Below, in pieces: positions 25,241-35,321 of a DNA stretch of 64,000 nucleotides (the first letter of the stretch is position 1; each line of letters opens with the position of its first letter). The stretch comes from Terriglobia bacterium. Its GTDB lineage: Bacteria > Acidobacteriota > Terriglobia > 20CM-2-55-15. The notes under the pieces were generated by a model that saw only the letters and a list, made by a program, of their open reading frames with translations, was not told where the DNA came from and searched no databases. The translations under genes were made by a program, and so were the position numbers. Where the stretch lies: the NCBI GenBank assembly GCA_963664115.2, contig CAXWPJ010000006.1, positions 224,088 through 288,087 on the forward strand, in the 5' to 3' direction.

Positions 25241-26641
25241 CTAAGGCAGAACCGGCGCCACGTACTCCAGCGTGTAGTTGAATATCCATACCAGGAAGAG
25301 AACTATGGGTACGTGTACGACAAACTGCATCATCGAGTAGCCGACGATGTCCCTCGCCTTCAAGCCCAGGATTCCCAGCAGCGGCAACATCCAGAACGGA
25401 TGGATCAGGTTGGCCAGTGCTTCGGTCGCGTTGTAGGTTTGGACCACCCAACCCAGATGGACTTCCAAGGACTTTGCGGCCTCCAGAACGTAGGGCGCTT
25501 CGATCAGCCATTTTCCACCTGCGGACGGTATGAACAAGCCGAGGAAAGCCGAGTAGATCCCCACTAGAATCGGGAAGGTGTGCCGGGTGGAAACGGCGAC
25601 GAAGAACTGTGCCATCTGTACTGCCAGACCCGACTCGGTCATGATCCTCACCATGCCGGCGTAGAGCGGGTACTGGACGAGGACTCCGGCCACGGATGGT
25701 ACCGCTCCCGTGACCGACTGCATGAATGAAACGGGCCGCCAGTGCAGCAAGAGCCCGGCGATCAAAAACAGGAAGATGTAGTGGTTTAATTCCAGCAGGA
25801 TACCCGCGCCGTTTGCGCTCACTTCCGTGAACAGGTAGAGGATTCCGATGCTCGAGATCAGGACGGTCAGGAAGGGGCTGTACTCCAGCCATTCGCCTGC
25901 TTTCTGAGGCCGTACCACCTCGGACGCAGCGGGTGTGTAGGTGACCCCCATGTCTTCCATGCTGCGTGCCTGTTTTTCGCCCGGAGCTGAGTAGTAGGCG
26001 ATAACCATCGACACGACAATCAAGATGACCGCAGTGGAGACGCTTTGCCACAACCCGATCGTCTGTCTGAGCGGTATAACGCCGCTGATGTCGGAGATCG
26101 ACTCTGGCAGCGAGTCGGGTGCCGCCATGATCAGAGCCGCCGAGGACGTCAGTCCTAGCGCCCACACGCTGCCAATGCCCAGATAGCCGGCGGCGCCAAT
26201 AGCGCGATAGTCCGCTCCGGGGACGCGGTGCGTCACTTCGCGAGCGAGGAGACCGCTAAAAATCAGACTGAAGCTCCAGGAGAGGCAGGAGGAGAGCATC
26301 GAAAACAGGGCAACGAAGGCCGCGGCGCTTTTTCCGTCCCACGGTATGCCCGCTATCCGTTGGATAAAGGCGAACACCGGGGGTGAAGTGGCCACCGTAT
26401 ACCCGGTGATGATGATCAAGGTCATCTGCATCGTGAAGGCGACCAGGTCCCAGAAACCCGCGCCAAACCAAACAGCAGTCTGAACAACCGAGTTGCCGAT
26501 CAGTAGACTCGCTGCGAACACGATGGCTACTGCCAGAAGCGCCAGAGCAAACGCATCCGGGAACCAGCGTTCAAAGAAACCAGACAGTCTGAGGCCAATG
26601 ACGGACAACCAGGATCCGGTCAGGGGTTCATCAGGTTTCAT
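25241..26641 (-). CDS. Short-chain fatty acid transporter (AtoE family)
   Basis: 466 aa polytopic membrane protein. The N-terminus ..RLSGFFERWFPDAFALALLAVAIVF and the overall length match AtoE-type transporters. Confidence 0.8.
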   Translation of the reverse strand: MKPDEPLTGSWLSVIGLRLSGFFERWFPDAFALALLAVAIVFAASLLIGNSVVQTAVWFGAGFWDLVAFTMQMTLIIITGYTVATSPPVFAFIQRIAGIPWDGKSAAAFVALFSMLSSCLSWSFSLIFSGLLAREVTHRVPGADYRAIGAAGYLGIGSVWALGLTSSAALIMAAPDSLPESISDISGVIPLRQTIGLWQSVSTAVILIVVSMVIAYYSAPGEKQARSMEDMGVTYTPAASEVVRPQKAGEWLEYSPFLTVLISSIGILYLFTEVSANGAGILLELNHYIFLFLIAGLLLHWRPVSFMQSVTGAVPSVAGVLVQYPLYAGMVRIMTESGLAVQMAQFFVAVSTRHTFPILVGIYSAFLGLFIPSAGGKWLIEAPYVLEAAKSLEVHLGWVVQTYNATEALANLIHPFWMLPLLGILGLKARDIVGYSMMQFVVHVPIVLFLVWIFNYTLEYVAPVLP

Positions 26642-26789
26642 AGGCGACAGATCATATCAAATCGTTGTTCCGTCCCAGCGGCCGGATCAAAGCGGTCGTG
26701 TGGCAAATTTGGAGCCCATGTTGATTACTGATAACTGACAGTCTATAGTTCAGTGCGGCAACCAGAGATGGATTTGACCCGAATTCGAT

Positions 26790-27965
26790 ATGAAACGTAG
26801 CGAGAACAGGTTTCTGACAACCCACACGGGGAGCCTCACTCGCCCCGCGGTGCTGGCGGAGTTTGCGCGCGCCCGCCAACAGGGGAACGTCAACGAGGGG
26901 GTGTACCGGAAGCAGCTCGCCGAATCCGTGACCGGCGTCGTCAGCCGGCAGGTTGAGGCCGGAATCGATGTCGTCAACGACGGCGAATTCGGCAAATCCA
27001 CGAGTTGGTCGCTGTACGCTCTGAAACGTCTGGGCGGTATCGAATTGCGTCCGGCCGAGGCCGGTGGCAATCCCTTTGACAGGGGAGCCGAACGGCACTT
27101 GTTCAAGGAATTTTACGAAGACCTCGAGAGCAGCCACGACAGGAGGTGGTCGGTTGTGACCCGGTTCGACGCCGTGTGTGTGGCGCCGATTGAGTACACG
27201 GGTCTGGACGAACTCAATCGCGATATCGGTAACCTCAAGGCGGCAATCGTGGGTCTGGATGTCGCAGAGGCGTTTCTGCCTGTTGCGGCGCCGGCAAGCG
27301 CTATTCCGGACCGCAAGAACGAATATTACAAGAACGATGAAGAGTGTGTTGTTGCGCTGGCGGAGGCTTTGCGAACCGAATACCGCGCGATTGTTGATGC
27401 CGGCTTCTTACTGCAGGTGGACGATGCCCGCGCCGCGGTGACCTATGACAGGATGGTGCCGCCGGCGAGTTTCGAGGAGTACTACACGTGGGTCGAACGC
27501 CATGTCGAGGTGCTGAACCACGCGCTCGAGGGGATTCCGGAAGACCGTATTCGCTACCATGTCTGCTGGGGCAGCTGGCCGGGTCCCCATGTCACCGACG
27601 TTCCGCTTGAAAAGATCGTCGACCTTGTTTTGAAAGTCCGGGCGGGCGCATACCTGCTGGAAGCCGCCAACGTACGCCACGAACACGAATGGCAGGTTTG
27701 GAAAGACGTGAAGCTGCCTGAGGGTAAGATACTGGTGCCCGGCGTGATCAGCCATAGCACCAACCTGGTCGAGCATCCAAAGCTCATTGCCGAACGCCTG
27801 CTCAGGTTTGCCAGTGTCGTCGGACGGGAGAACGTCATCGCGGGCAGCGATTGTGGTTTCGCACAGGAAGAATTCAATCAGAGGGTCCACCCCACGGTCA
27901 TGTGGGCAAAGCTGGAGGCCATGGCGGAGGGTGCCAAGATCGCGAGCCGGGAACTTTGGGGCTAG
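26790..27965 (+). CDS. Cobalamin-independent methionine synthase II (MetE-like) family protein
   Basis: 391 aa. FLTTHTGSLTRP, VVNDGEFGK, LQVDD and HVCWGSW are typical of the MetE-like family. Second paralogue in the window. Confidence 0.8.
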   Translation: MKRSENRFLTTHTGSLTRPAVLAEFARARQQGNVNEGVYRKQLAESVTGVVSRQVEAGIDVVNDGEFGKSTSWSLYALKRLGGIELRPAEAGGNPFDRGAERHLFKEFYEDLESSHDRRWSVVTRFDAVCVAPIEYTGLDELNRDIGNLKAAIVGLDVAEAFLPVAAPASAIPDRKNEYYKNDEECVVALAEALRTEYRAIVDAGFLLQVDDARAAVTYDRMVPPASFEEYYTWVERHVEVLNHALEGIPEDRIRYHVCWGSWPGPHVTDVPLEKIVDLVLKVRAGAYLLEAANVRHEHEWQVWKDVKLPEGKILVPGVISHSTNLVEHPKLIAERLLRFASVVGRENVIAGSDCGFAQEEFNQRVHPTVMWAKLEAMAEGAKIASRELWG

Positions 27966-28662
27966 CCGGCATGCTCGTCCGACTGAGACATTCAACGCAG
28001 ACGCTTCGGACGAACACCAACTCATCTGATTTGATGGACGGAAAGGGAAGCATCAACCCGGAGAATAAGGATCATGATGTGACCAAGGGGATTGGCATTT
28101 ATTGGGGCCCGTCCGGGTCGGGCGCCATCACTGCCATCGACGGGGAACTTGAATTCTTCCACCTCGTTGTCCAGCAGATACCGGGGTAGACGTCCATTTC
28201 CTGAGCGTTACGCCCCTACCCTTAAAGGCGAGCGGTTTGAAGCGGCCTGCGGACCCTGCCGGCTGCCTACCCCCATCTATGGTTTCTCCTAGCTTATTTC
28301 TCAAGAGGAGCCCTGCATTTTAATGACACTGTAAATTGTTATTTTCAAGATGTTTGCGGCGTTATTTGGCTAGTTTTATTGGGGTCGGAAGGTCAGGAAT
28401 CAAAGCAGGCACACCCATTGGAGCGGGCGCTCATCGAGCGCGCCTTCCGAATGCAGATCGCGATGGATTTTGAAAGGTGCTTCCACCACTCTTTCATCTC
28501 CAAATGGCCTGCTTAAGAGAGGCTAAGAGTCCCGGAAAGTAGAGGTTGACTCGCCCATTGCGGCGGTATAGCATTTCGCACTAAGTCTCGTCTCCTCACT
28601 GATAATGGGGGAGTTACGAGTGATTGAACCTTTTTCGTGTGTTTCGAGTGGAGGAAAACTCT

Positions 28663-31600
28663 ATGAAGCGACTAGTTACATGTCTTCTGGGTGTGGTCTT
28701 GATGACCGCGCTTGTATCCGTGCCAATGTTTGCGCAGGGTACAGCCCAGATTACAGGAACCATTTCAGACGCCACCGGCGCATTGTTGCCGGGCGTCGAT
28801 GTGTCTGTGACGAACACCGCGACGGGCGTGACCCGTGCGGTGGTCAGTAACGAAACCGGAGCCTATTCGTTGCAGAGCCTTCCGATTGGTGCCTACCAGT
28901 TGGAGGTGAGCTTGCCGGGCTTCCAGACCTTCGTGCAGACCGGCGTTTTGGCAGTCAATGACTCGGCCAATATCAATGTGAGCTTGCAGGTTGGCCAGGT
29001 GGCGCAGACCATCGAGGTTCAGGCCAATGCAGCCCTCGTTGAGACTCGTACGGTGGGTGTCGGCGAGCTCATTGAAAGCGCACGAATTCTGGAACTGCCC
29101 TTGAACGGCCGGAACGTGACCGAGTTGATCGTGCTCTCAGGTGCCGCGGTGTCGACGGGGACGTCGTCTTCGCGGAGCATGCCGGGGCAGCAGGAGATTT
29201 CGGTTGCGGGCAGCCAGCAGGGCGCTGTGGCCTACCTGTTGGACGGGGCACCCCACAACAACTGGTACGACAATCTGGCATTGCCGCTGCCGTTCCCGGA
29301 TGCGCTGGGTGAGTTCAAGATCGAAACCAGTGCGCTGCAGGCCCAGCAGGGACTGCGCTCGGGCGCGAACGTCAACGCCGTCACGCGCTCTGGAACGAAC
29401 GAGTTTCACGGCAACCTGTTCTGGTTCGTAAGGAATGACTTGTTCGGTGCCCGCGAGTATGGCGCCGCACGCAACAGTACGCTGAAGAGGAACCAGTACG
29501 GCGGGACCATCGGCGGACCGATCGCCCAGAACAAGCTGTTCTTCTTTACCGGCTACCAGGCCACGATCCAGCGGCGGGATCCCGGGACCACGGAACGTTA
29601 CCTTCCGACGCCCTATGCATTATCCACAGGCGACTGGAGCAAGATGTTGGACCCAGGATGCAGACCGCCGACTTCGAGTCTGTCCTCGACGCTCGAAAAT
29701 AGCACGACGGCGTCCGGCTATACCGGTGGCAACAAGATCGATCCGGCCTTGTACAGCCCGGTCGCGATGAATCTCATGAGTCGACTGCCGACCAACCTGA
29801 CCGACGACTGTGGCCGTCTCCTGTTCGGCAACATTTTGCAGGACAACGACTGGCAGTTGGTCAGCCGCGTGGACTATCAGATGTCCGATTCCCACTCCAT
29901 CCTGGGTCGTGTTCTGGTCACAACCGCGGATCGACCCAACCCGTATTCGATATCGGGCAATCCGCTGGCCAGCACCGTTGCTGGCTGGGATGACATGGCG
30001 CAGTCCATCACGTTGGGTGACACCTGGCTGATCAACCCGACAACGGTGTTGTCGACGCGTCTGGCGGTCAACTACAGCGAAATTTTACGTCTGGGCGCGG
30101 AATTCTTCAGCTGGGTCGATCTGGGCGTCAACAACTACTACACGTATCCCGACGTGGAGAAGTTCTTACGGATGGGCGCGGATGACGGCTTCTCGCTGGG
30201 CGGTTGTACGACCAATCCGGCGCCGTTTAAGACGTTCTCGGCCAGCATCAATTCCGACCTGAGTCTGTCCCGCGGCGACCACCAGTGGGGTTTGGGCGGA
30301 TATTTCAATCGGCTGGACTCCAACGGATACGCCAACTGTAACTCGGCCGGGAACTTCGACTTTGAAGGGAACCACACCGGCTGGGGCCTGGCCGACTTGA
30401 TGATCGGTCAGACGAATGACTTCACGCAGGCGACGCCGAACACGGCGCTGTCGAAGAAGTGGGTCGGCGCACTATATGTGGCCGACACCTGGCGCCTGAC
30501 GCCCAATGTGACGATGAGTTACGGCGTGCGTTGGGAGCCCGATTATCCCGAGACGATCACGAACGACCGCATCGTCAAGTTCTCCCGGGCTGCCTTTGAT
30601 GCCGGGACCAAGAGCTCGGTGTTCGTGAATGCGCCTGCGGGTATGTCCTTCGTGGGCGACTCCGGATTCCAGGGCACGAGCGGCCGGGACACGTTCGTTG
30701 CGAATTTCGCACCGCGGGTCGGTCTGGCATGGGACCTGTTCGGCGATGGCCGGACTTCGATCCGTGCATCCGGCGGGATCGGTTATGACTATCCCGACGG
30801 GCAGTTCCATCTGTGGACCTCCCTGACGCCGCCGTTCGGCGCGGACGTGAGGATTCCGAATGCGACCCTGGCCGATCCCTGGGCGACATTCCCCGGTGGG
30901 CGGACCCATCCGGTGAACACCACCGATCCCAACATCGGGTTCCCGCGGTTCCCGCGCATGTCGGCGATAGGAGATAACCTCCGGTCGTCGCAGACACAGA
31001 ACTGGAACCTGGCCCTGCAGCAGCAGGTCGGGGGCGACTGGCTGATGTCGACGACGTACATGGGCAGCCACACCATCAACATGGCGGGGGCCACCCAGAT
31101 GAACCCGGCGATTTACTTCCCGGGTGCGCCGGTGGACGGAGCGTGTACGGTCAGCCATTCCGGGGGGGTTATGATCCCGGCCGGAACTTACACGCTGAAC
31201 ACAGGCGGAGGCAGTTGCTCCACGAACGGCAATGTCAACAATCGGCGGATCCTGTCCCTGGTGGACGCCGCTAACGGACTCAATTATGGAGCTCTTGGCC
31301 TCACGCACAGCGGCGGGACGTCCAGCTACAACGGGCTGCTCGTCAGCATGCAGCGGCGCGCCGCTACAGGCATCAATATCAACACCAACTACACGTGGTC
31401 TCACTGCATCTCTCCGTATCACGATGATGGATTTGGCGGGACGGGTTTCAATGGAGACAACGTGTATCACGACCCGGACAACCGGGGCCGCAGCCGCGGG
31501 AACTGCCAGCAGGACCGGCGTCACAACTTCACGTTCACGACCATCGCCCGCTCGCCTGAGTTTGCCAATGCCGGCCTCCGGGCGGTCGCTTCGGACTGGG

Positions 31601-32043
31601 GTTTGTCGGTGATCTACCGCGCGAACTCGGGCAGCTATCTGAACATTCGGAGCGGTTCCCGGGATCTTGCGCGCAACGGCGTGAACCCGGGTAACCAGCT
31701 CGTGAACTACAACGGTGGCACGACGACCGGGGACGACGGGCCGGACGGGCAGTACCTGGTCCCGGCAGCGTTCTCGAACGCTGCGAAGGGCACATTCGGC
31801 AACCTGGGCCGTCGCAGCGTCCGGGGACCGAAGCAGTGGGATTTCGACGTCGCGCTGGCCCGGACGTTCAATCTGGGTGAGACCGAGACGCTGGAATTCC
31901 GGCTCGAGGCCTATAACCTGACGAACAGTTACCGTCCAGGCAGCCCGGAAGCCCGCGTGGGCCGCAGGAACTTTGGTGTGACTCGGGCTTTGGGTGCCGA
32001 CGATCCCCGGGTTCTGCAGTTCGCTCTGAAGTTGGGCTTCTAA
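28663..32043 (+). CDS. TonB-dependent receptor with an N-terminal carboxypeptidase-regulatory-like domain
   Basis: ATG at 28663 preceded by GAGGAAA. Signal peptide ..VPMFAQG. GTISDATGALLPGVDVSVTNTATGVTRAVVSNETGAYSLQSLPIGAYQLEVSLPGFQ is the CarbopepD_reg-like domain. A plug region follows, and the protein ends in the C-terminal aromatic residue (..FALKLGF). Confidence 0.9.
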   Translation: MKRLVTCLLGVVLMTALVSVPMFAQGTAQITGTISDATGALLPGVDVSVTNTATGVTRAVVSNETGAYSLQSLPIGAYQLEVSLPGFQTFVQTGVLAVNDSANINVSLQVGQVAQTIEVQANAALVETRTVGVGELIESARILELPLNGRNVTELIVLSGAAVSTGTSSSRSMPGQQEISVAGSQQGAVAYLLDGAPHNNWYDNLALPLPFPDALGEFKIETSALQAQQGLRSGANVNAVTRSGTNEFHGNLFWFVRNDLFGAREYGAARNSTLKRNQYGGTIGGPIAQNKLFFFTGYQATIQRRDPGTTERYLPTPYALSTGDWSKMLDPGCRPPTSSLSSTLENSTTASGYTGGNKIDPALYSPVAMNLMSRLPTNLTDDCGRLLFGNILQDNDWQLVSRVDYQMSDSHSILGRVLVTTADRPNPYSISGNPLASTVAGWDDMAQSITLGDTWLINPTTVLSTRLAVNYSEILRLGAEFFSWVDLGVNNYYTYPDVEKFLRMGADDGFSLGGCTTNPAPFKTFSASINSDLSLSRGDHQWGLGGYFNRLDSNGYANCNSAGNFDFEGNHTGWGLADLMIGQTNDFTQATPNTALSKKWVGALYVADTWRLTPNVTMSYGVRWEPDYPETITNDRIVKFSRAAFDAGTKSSVFVNAPAGMSFVGDSGFQGTSGRDTFVANFAPRVGLAWDLFGDGRTSIRASGGIGYDYPDGQFHLWTSLTPPFGADVRIPNATLADPWATFPGGRTHPVNTTDPNIGFPRFPRMSAIGDNLRSSQTQNWNLALQQQVGGDWLMSTTYMGSHTINMAGATQMNPAIYFPGAPVDGACTVSHSGGVMIPAGTYTLNTGGGSCSTNGNVNNRRILSLVDAANGLNYGALGLTHSGGTSSYNGLLVSMQRRAATGININTNYTWSHCISPYHDDGFGGTGFNGDNVYHDPDNRGRSRGNCQQDRRHNFTFTTIARSPEFANAGLRAVASDWGLSVIYRANSGSYLNIRSGSRDLARNGVNPGNQLVNYNGGTTTGDDGPDGQYLVPAAFSNAAKGTFGNLGRRSVRGPKQWDFDVALARTFNLGETETLEFRLEAYNLTNSYRPGSPEARVGRRNFGVTRALGADDPRVLQFALKLGF

Positions 32044-32066
32044 CTTAGAGTTACAAACAGTCATCG

Positions 32067-32097
32067 AGCGGCGGGGGCCCAGCCTCCGCCGCTTTTT
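32067..32097 (+). terminator. Rho-independent terminator of the TonB receptor gene
   Basis: AGCGGCGGGGG ... CCTCCGCCGCT stem followed by TTTTT. Confidence 0.75.
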
Positions 32098-32110
32098 CGT
32101 GGGCTGGAAA

Positions 32111-32173
32111 GGGACGGACACTTCCGTTGACATTTGGGCCTTATTGCGGTGTTTCGACTGAAGTGTCCGTCCC
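32111..32173. repeat. Palindromic element copy E2
   Basis: GGGACGGACACTTC (32111-32124) and GAAGTGTCCGTCCC (32160-32173) with a 35 nt loop CGTTGACATTTGGGCCTTATTGCGGTGTTTCGACT. Confidence 0.95.
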
Positions 32174-32325
32174 ACCCAAGAGCTCACGCGACGTTCCCCG
32201 GTGGGGGTGGCACAGTGTCGCCGAATCGCGCTAATATACGAGTGTGCTCCGAGTCGGCGCCTTCATAAAATTGCTATCCTTTCGGGAACTTATAATTCAG
32301 CAAAGAGTGGTCAGGAGAGTGTGAA

Positions 32326-33189
32326 ATGCGTTTTTGTCGTTTTGGAGAGGACCGTCTCGGTCTGGTCGAAGGTTCCCAGGTGCGGGATGTCACTGCGGCG
32401 CTCGATGTATTGCCCGATTACCGGTATCCACTGCCCGTAGTCGATCAGTTCATCGTAAATCTCGACAAGGTTTCGGCAAAGGCAAAGGCCATTGCCGCGG
32501 ATGCACCTCTCCTGGATCTGGCAGGGCTGAAGCTCCTGAGCCCTGTGGCGAATCCCAGCAAGATCGTCGGTGCGCCCGTTAACTACCAGAAACATATCGA
32601 CGAAGCCAAAGCCGATGCCGGTATTAATTCTGGGAACCCGGCCAACCTGGCCCCGATCCAAAAGATCGGCCTGTTTCTGAAGGCCTGTAGCGCGCTGGTG
32701 GGGCCGGGCGAGGGCATCGGTTTGCGAAAACTGGACCGCCGTAACGATCACGAAGTGGAGTTGGCCGTGGTGATGGGAAAAGCGGCGAACAGTGTGGCAG
32801 CGGCGGATGCGCTCGATTACGTCGCCGGTTATGCTATTGGCCTCGACCTTACGATTCGGGGTCCGGAAGAACGTTGCCTCAGGAAATCTCCCGACAGCTA
32901 CGCCGTTCTGGGTCCGTGGATCGTGACTGCGGACGAGATCGATGACCCGAACAACCTCGACCTGAAGCTTACGGTCAACGGTGAAGTCCGACAGGATTCC
33001 AATACGAAGCTCATGATCCTCAACGTGCGCCAGCTTATCGAGTACGCGTCGTCTTTCTACACGCTGCAGCCCGGCGACATCATTATTACAGGGACGCCGG
33101 AAGGGGTCAGTCCTATCGTGCCGGGAGACACGATCGTTGCGACTATAGAAAAGATCGGATCCATGGAAGTTGCCGTGCGGGCCGCGTGA
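32326..33189 (+). CDS. Fumarylacetoacetate hydrolase (FAH) family protein
   Basis: 287 aa. HEVELAVVMGK, GPWIVTADEIDDPNNLDLKLTVNGEVRQDSNT and GDIIITGTPEGV are FAH-family signatures. Confidence 0.9.
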   Translation: MRFCRFGEDRLGLVEGSQVRDVTAALDVLPDYRYPLPVVDQFIVNLDKVSAKAKAIAADAPLLDLAGLKLLSPVANPSKIVGAPVNYQKHIDEAKADAGINSGNPANLAPIQKIGLFLKACSALVGPGEGIGLRKLDRRNDHEVELAVVMGKAANSVAAADALDYVAGYAIGLDLTIRGPEERCLRKSPDSYAVLGPWIVTADEIDDPNNLDLKLTVNGEVRQDSNTKLMILNVRQLIEYASSFYTLQPGDIIITGTPEGVSPIVPGDTIVATIEKIGSMEVAVRAA

Positions 33190-33242
33190 TGAAAACAGGA
33201 CACTTGTCAGCGGGACCTCTACGTGTCGGAGGGGTGTAAAAC

Positions 33243-34328
33243 GTGAAGGAATCGAAAGAACTCAAGGCCCAGGCCTTTTCCTTTCAGAAGCCTGAAGCGA
33301 CAGAGGAACTGAAGGATTTCTACGACAGGCTGGGGGCCAGAAACATTGTGCCACTGTGGGAAATTCTCGGGGATGTACTAACAGCGTCGCCCACGACTCC
33401 CTGTGTGCCGGCCATATGGCGTTTCGACGACATCCGGCCCCTCCTGATGGAAGCCGGAGACTTGATCACGACGGAGGAAGCCGAACGCCGCGTCCTGTCG
33501 TTGCAGAATCCCGGGCTGAATGGTCAGCCGTGGATCACGACGAGCCTGTATGCCGCTCTCCAGTTGGTCCAGCCGGGTGAAATTGCTCAGTCCCATCGTC
33601 ACACCGCATCGGCCCTGCGATTCGTACTGGAGAACGGTGACGGTGGATACACATCGGTCGACGGCGAAAAAAGCACGATGCAGCCGGGTGATTTTGTTCT
33701 CACGCCTTCCTGGACGTTCCATGATCACGGAAATCCCGGAGACAAACCTATCATCTGGATGGACGGTCTGGATGTTCCGATTATCAATATGCTGGGTGTT
33801 AATTTCGCGGAGACCTGGCCCGAGCTGACCTATCCGGTGACCAAGACCGAGGGCGACGCCCTGACACGCTTCGGGAACAACCTTCTCCCTGTCGAATACA
33901 AGTCGTCATCTATGGCAGCGCCGATTTTTAACTACCCCTATTCACGGAGTCGCGAAGTACTTGAGCAGCTCTATAAGAACGGTCCGGTCCATGAGTGTCA
34001 CGGCGTGAAGTTGCAGTATGTGAATCCAGCTACCGGAGGGTACCCGATGCCGTCGATCGCAGGATTCATTCAGTTGCTGCCGCCCGGGTTCAAAGGAGAA
34101 GCGTACCGGTCGACCGATGGTACGGTATATTGCCCGACCGAAGGCAGCGGGCGGACGACAATTGGCAACCATACCTACGAGTGGAAGGAGCACGACGTCT
34201 TCGTTGTTCCGACATGGTATCGGGTGACCCATGAAACTGAAGAGGGCGCAGTCCTGTTCAGTTTCTCGGACCGCGCGGCGCAGAAGGCCCTGGGTTTGTG
34301 GAGAGAAGAAGCCCCGATTCTCGCTTGA
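33243..34328 (+). CDS. Gentisate 1,2-dioxygenase (bicupin)
   Basis: 361 aa. FYDRLGARNIVPLWE, HRHTASALRFVLENGDGGYTSVDGEKSTMQPGDFVLTPSWTFHDHGN is the characteristic cupin/His region of gentisate dioxygenases. Confidence 0.85.
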   Translation: MKESKELKAQAFSFQKPEATEELKDFYDRLGARNIVPLWEILGDVLTASPTTPCVPAIWRFDDIRPLLMEAGDLITTEEAERRVLSLQNPGLNGQPWITTSLYAALQLVQPGEIAQSHRHTASALRFVLENGDGGYTSVDGEKSTMQPGDFVLTPSWTFHDHGNPGDKPIIWMDGLDVPIINMLGVNFAETWPELTYPVTKTEGDALTRFGNNLLPVEYKSSSMAAPIFNYPYSRSREVLEQLYKNGPVHECHGVKLQYVNPATGGYPMPSIAGFIQLLPPGFKGEAYRSTDGTVYCPTEGSGRTTIGNHTYEWKEHDVFVVPTWYRVTHETEEGAVLFSFSDRAAQKALGLWREEAPILA

Positions 34329-34518
34329 CGGTCATTCGAACCCTACCGTGTTCCGGCCTTACCTTCAGGGCCACTCGTGTAACGAGTTCGAATCACCTCA
34401 CGACTCTTGAATGTCGGATGTCATGGGACTAGGCTTAATTCAGCGGCACACGACACCGCCACTTCGTGTGCGGAGTCAATAGAGTCACAGGGACAGTCTC
34501 TGATTTGAGGGGGAACTC

Positions 34519-34914
34519 ATGAAATCTAAAATTCTTGTTCTGCTTGTCGCTGGAATATTGGTATCGGGCGTGGCGGCCTATGCCCACCACTCCTTCACAG
34601 CGACTTACGATGAAGATGGATTGGTCGAGATTGAAGGGGAGTTGGTGCAGTTCCTTTTCCGCAATCCCCACTCCTGGGTCCATGTGATGGCTCCGGATGA
34701 AAATGGCGATTTGGTTCGCTACGGCGTCGAATGGGGTGGAGCCGGCCAGTTGGCGGGCGGCGGCGTGACCCGGTCTACGCTGAGGCCTGGCGACCACGTC
34801 ATTATTAGCGGTAACCCGGGGCGCAATCCTGCGGATCATAGAATCCGGATGCGGAGTCTCCGGAGGACGTCCGACAATTTTGGTTGGGGATTTGAAGGCG
34901 AAGACTTCGACTAG
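34519..34914 (+). CDS. Small secreted protein, His-His mature N-terminus family (copy 3)
   Basis: Signal peptide ..SGVAAYA, then HHSFTATYDEDGLVEIEGELVQFLFRNPHSWVHV. The mature part differs from copy 4 at only three residues. Confidence 0.9.
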   Translation: MKSKILVLLVAGILVSGVAAYAHHSFTATYDEDGLVEIEGELVQFLFRNPHSWVHVMAPDENGDLVRYGVEWGGAGQLAGGGVTRSTLRPGDHVIISGNPGRNPADHRIRMRSLRRTSDNFGWGFEGEDFD

Positions 34915-34957
34915 AGCTAAGCTTCACCCCTGCTGATCCCAGCAAAACGAAGACCAT

Positions 34958-35006
34958 AGGGCACGGTGTCCGCGTATTCGAGGATGCCGTGCCCTTACGC
35001 CGTTTT
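34958..35006 (+). terminator. Terminator-like hairpin after 34519-34914
   Basis: AGGGCACGG ... CCGTGCCCT (9 bp stem, ~20 nt loop) followed by ..CGTTTT. Confidence 0.4.
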
Positions 35007-35321
35007 GGTACCATTTTGATGAAGCCAATCGGTCGTGTCCGAACAGACAGCCGGGCGCTCCGAATGCCCTAGCCCCACCCGAGGTGTCCTGATGGTGACT
35101 GTGACGCTTCGCGGCGACAACCCGTGAGAAATGCGGGCTAAGACTTTTGCAATCAAATTCTTGACAAAGGATGTGCGGCTGTAGATAGTGGGGTGTCGCG
35201 CCTGTTTTCGGGATAAAAGCGGCTGTTTTGAGGCGCAGAGGTCACCCGAGAATCGTGTCGCGCCCCAAGGGGGAAAACGCCGCTCGTATTCGGAAGCTCA
35301 ACCGCCGAACCGGAGGATTAA

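Noticed and set aside
27851-28292. ORFs of 112 and 66 aa downstream of the MetE-like gene.
   Set aside because: They overlap the 3' end of a well-supported CDS or lie in the long spacer without an RBS, family motifs or plausible composition.
28400-28515. Short frame ending HPLERALIERAFRMQIAMDFERCFHHSFISKWPA as a remnant of a Fis-type/sigma-54 regulator C-terminus.
   Set aside because: Only the LERALIERA string is reminiscent, there is no HTH continuation, and it is far too short to support a pseudogene call.
28100-28660. Cobalamin or other riboswitch upstream of the TonB receptor (and upstream of the two MetE-like genes).
   Set aside because: I could not find a B12-box-like core or other conserved riboswitch motifs by eye, and the MetE-like genes have very short leaders. 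A covariance-model scan would be needed to be sure.
34329-34400. tRNA-like T-loop strings (TTCGAACC at ~34336 and GAGTTCGAATCAC at ~34385).
   Set aside because: The flanking bases do not form a T-stem or an acceptor stem, and no anticodon arm can be drawn.
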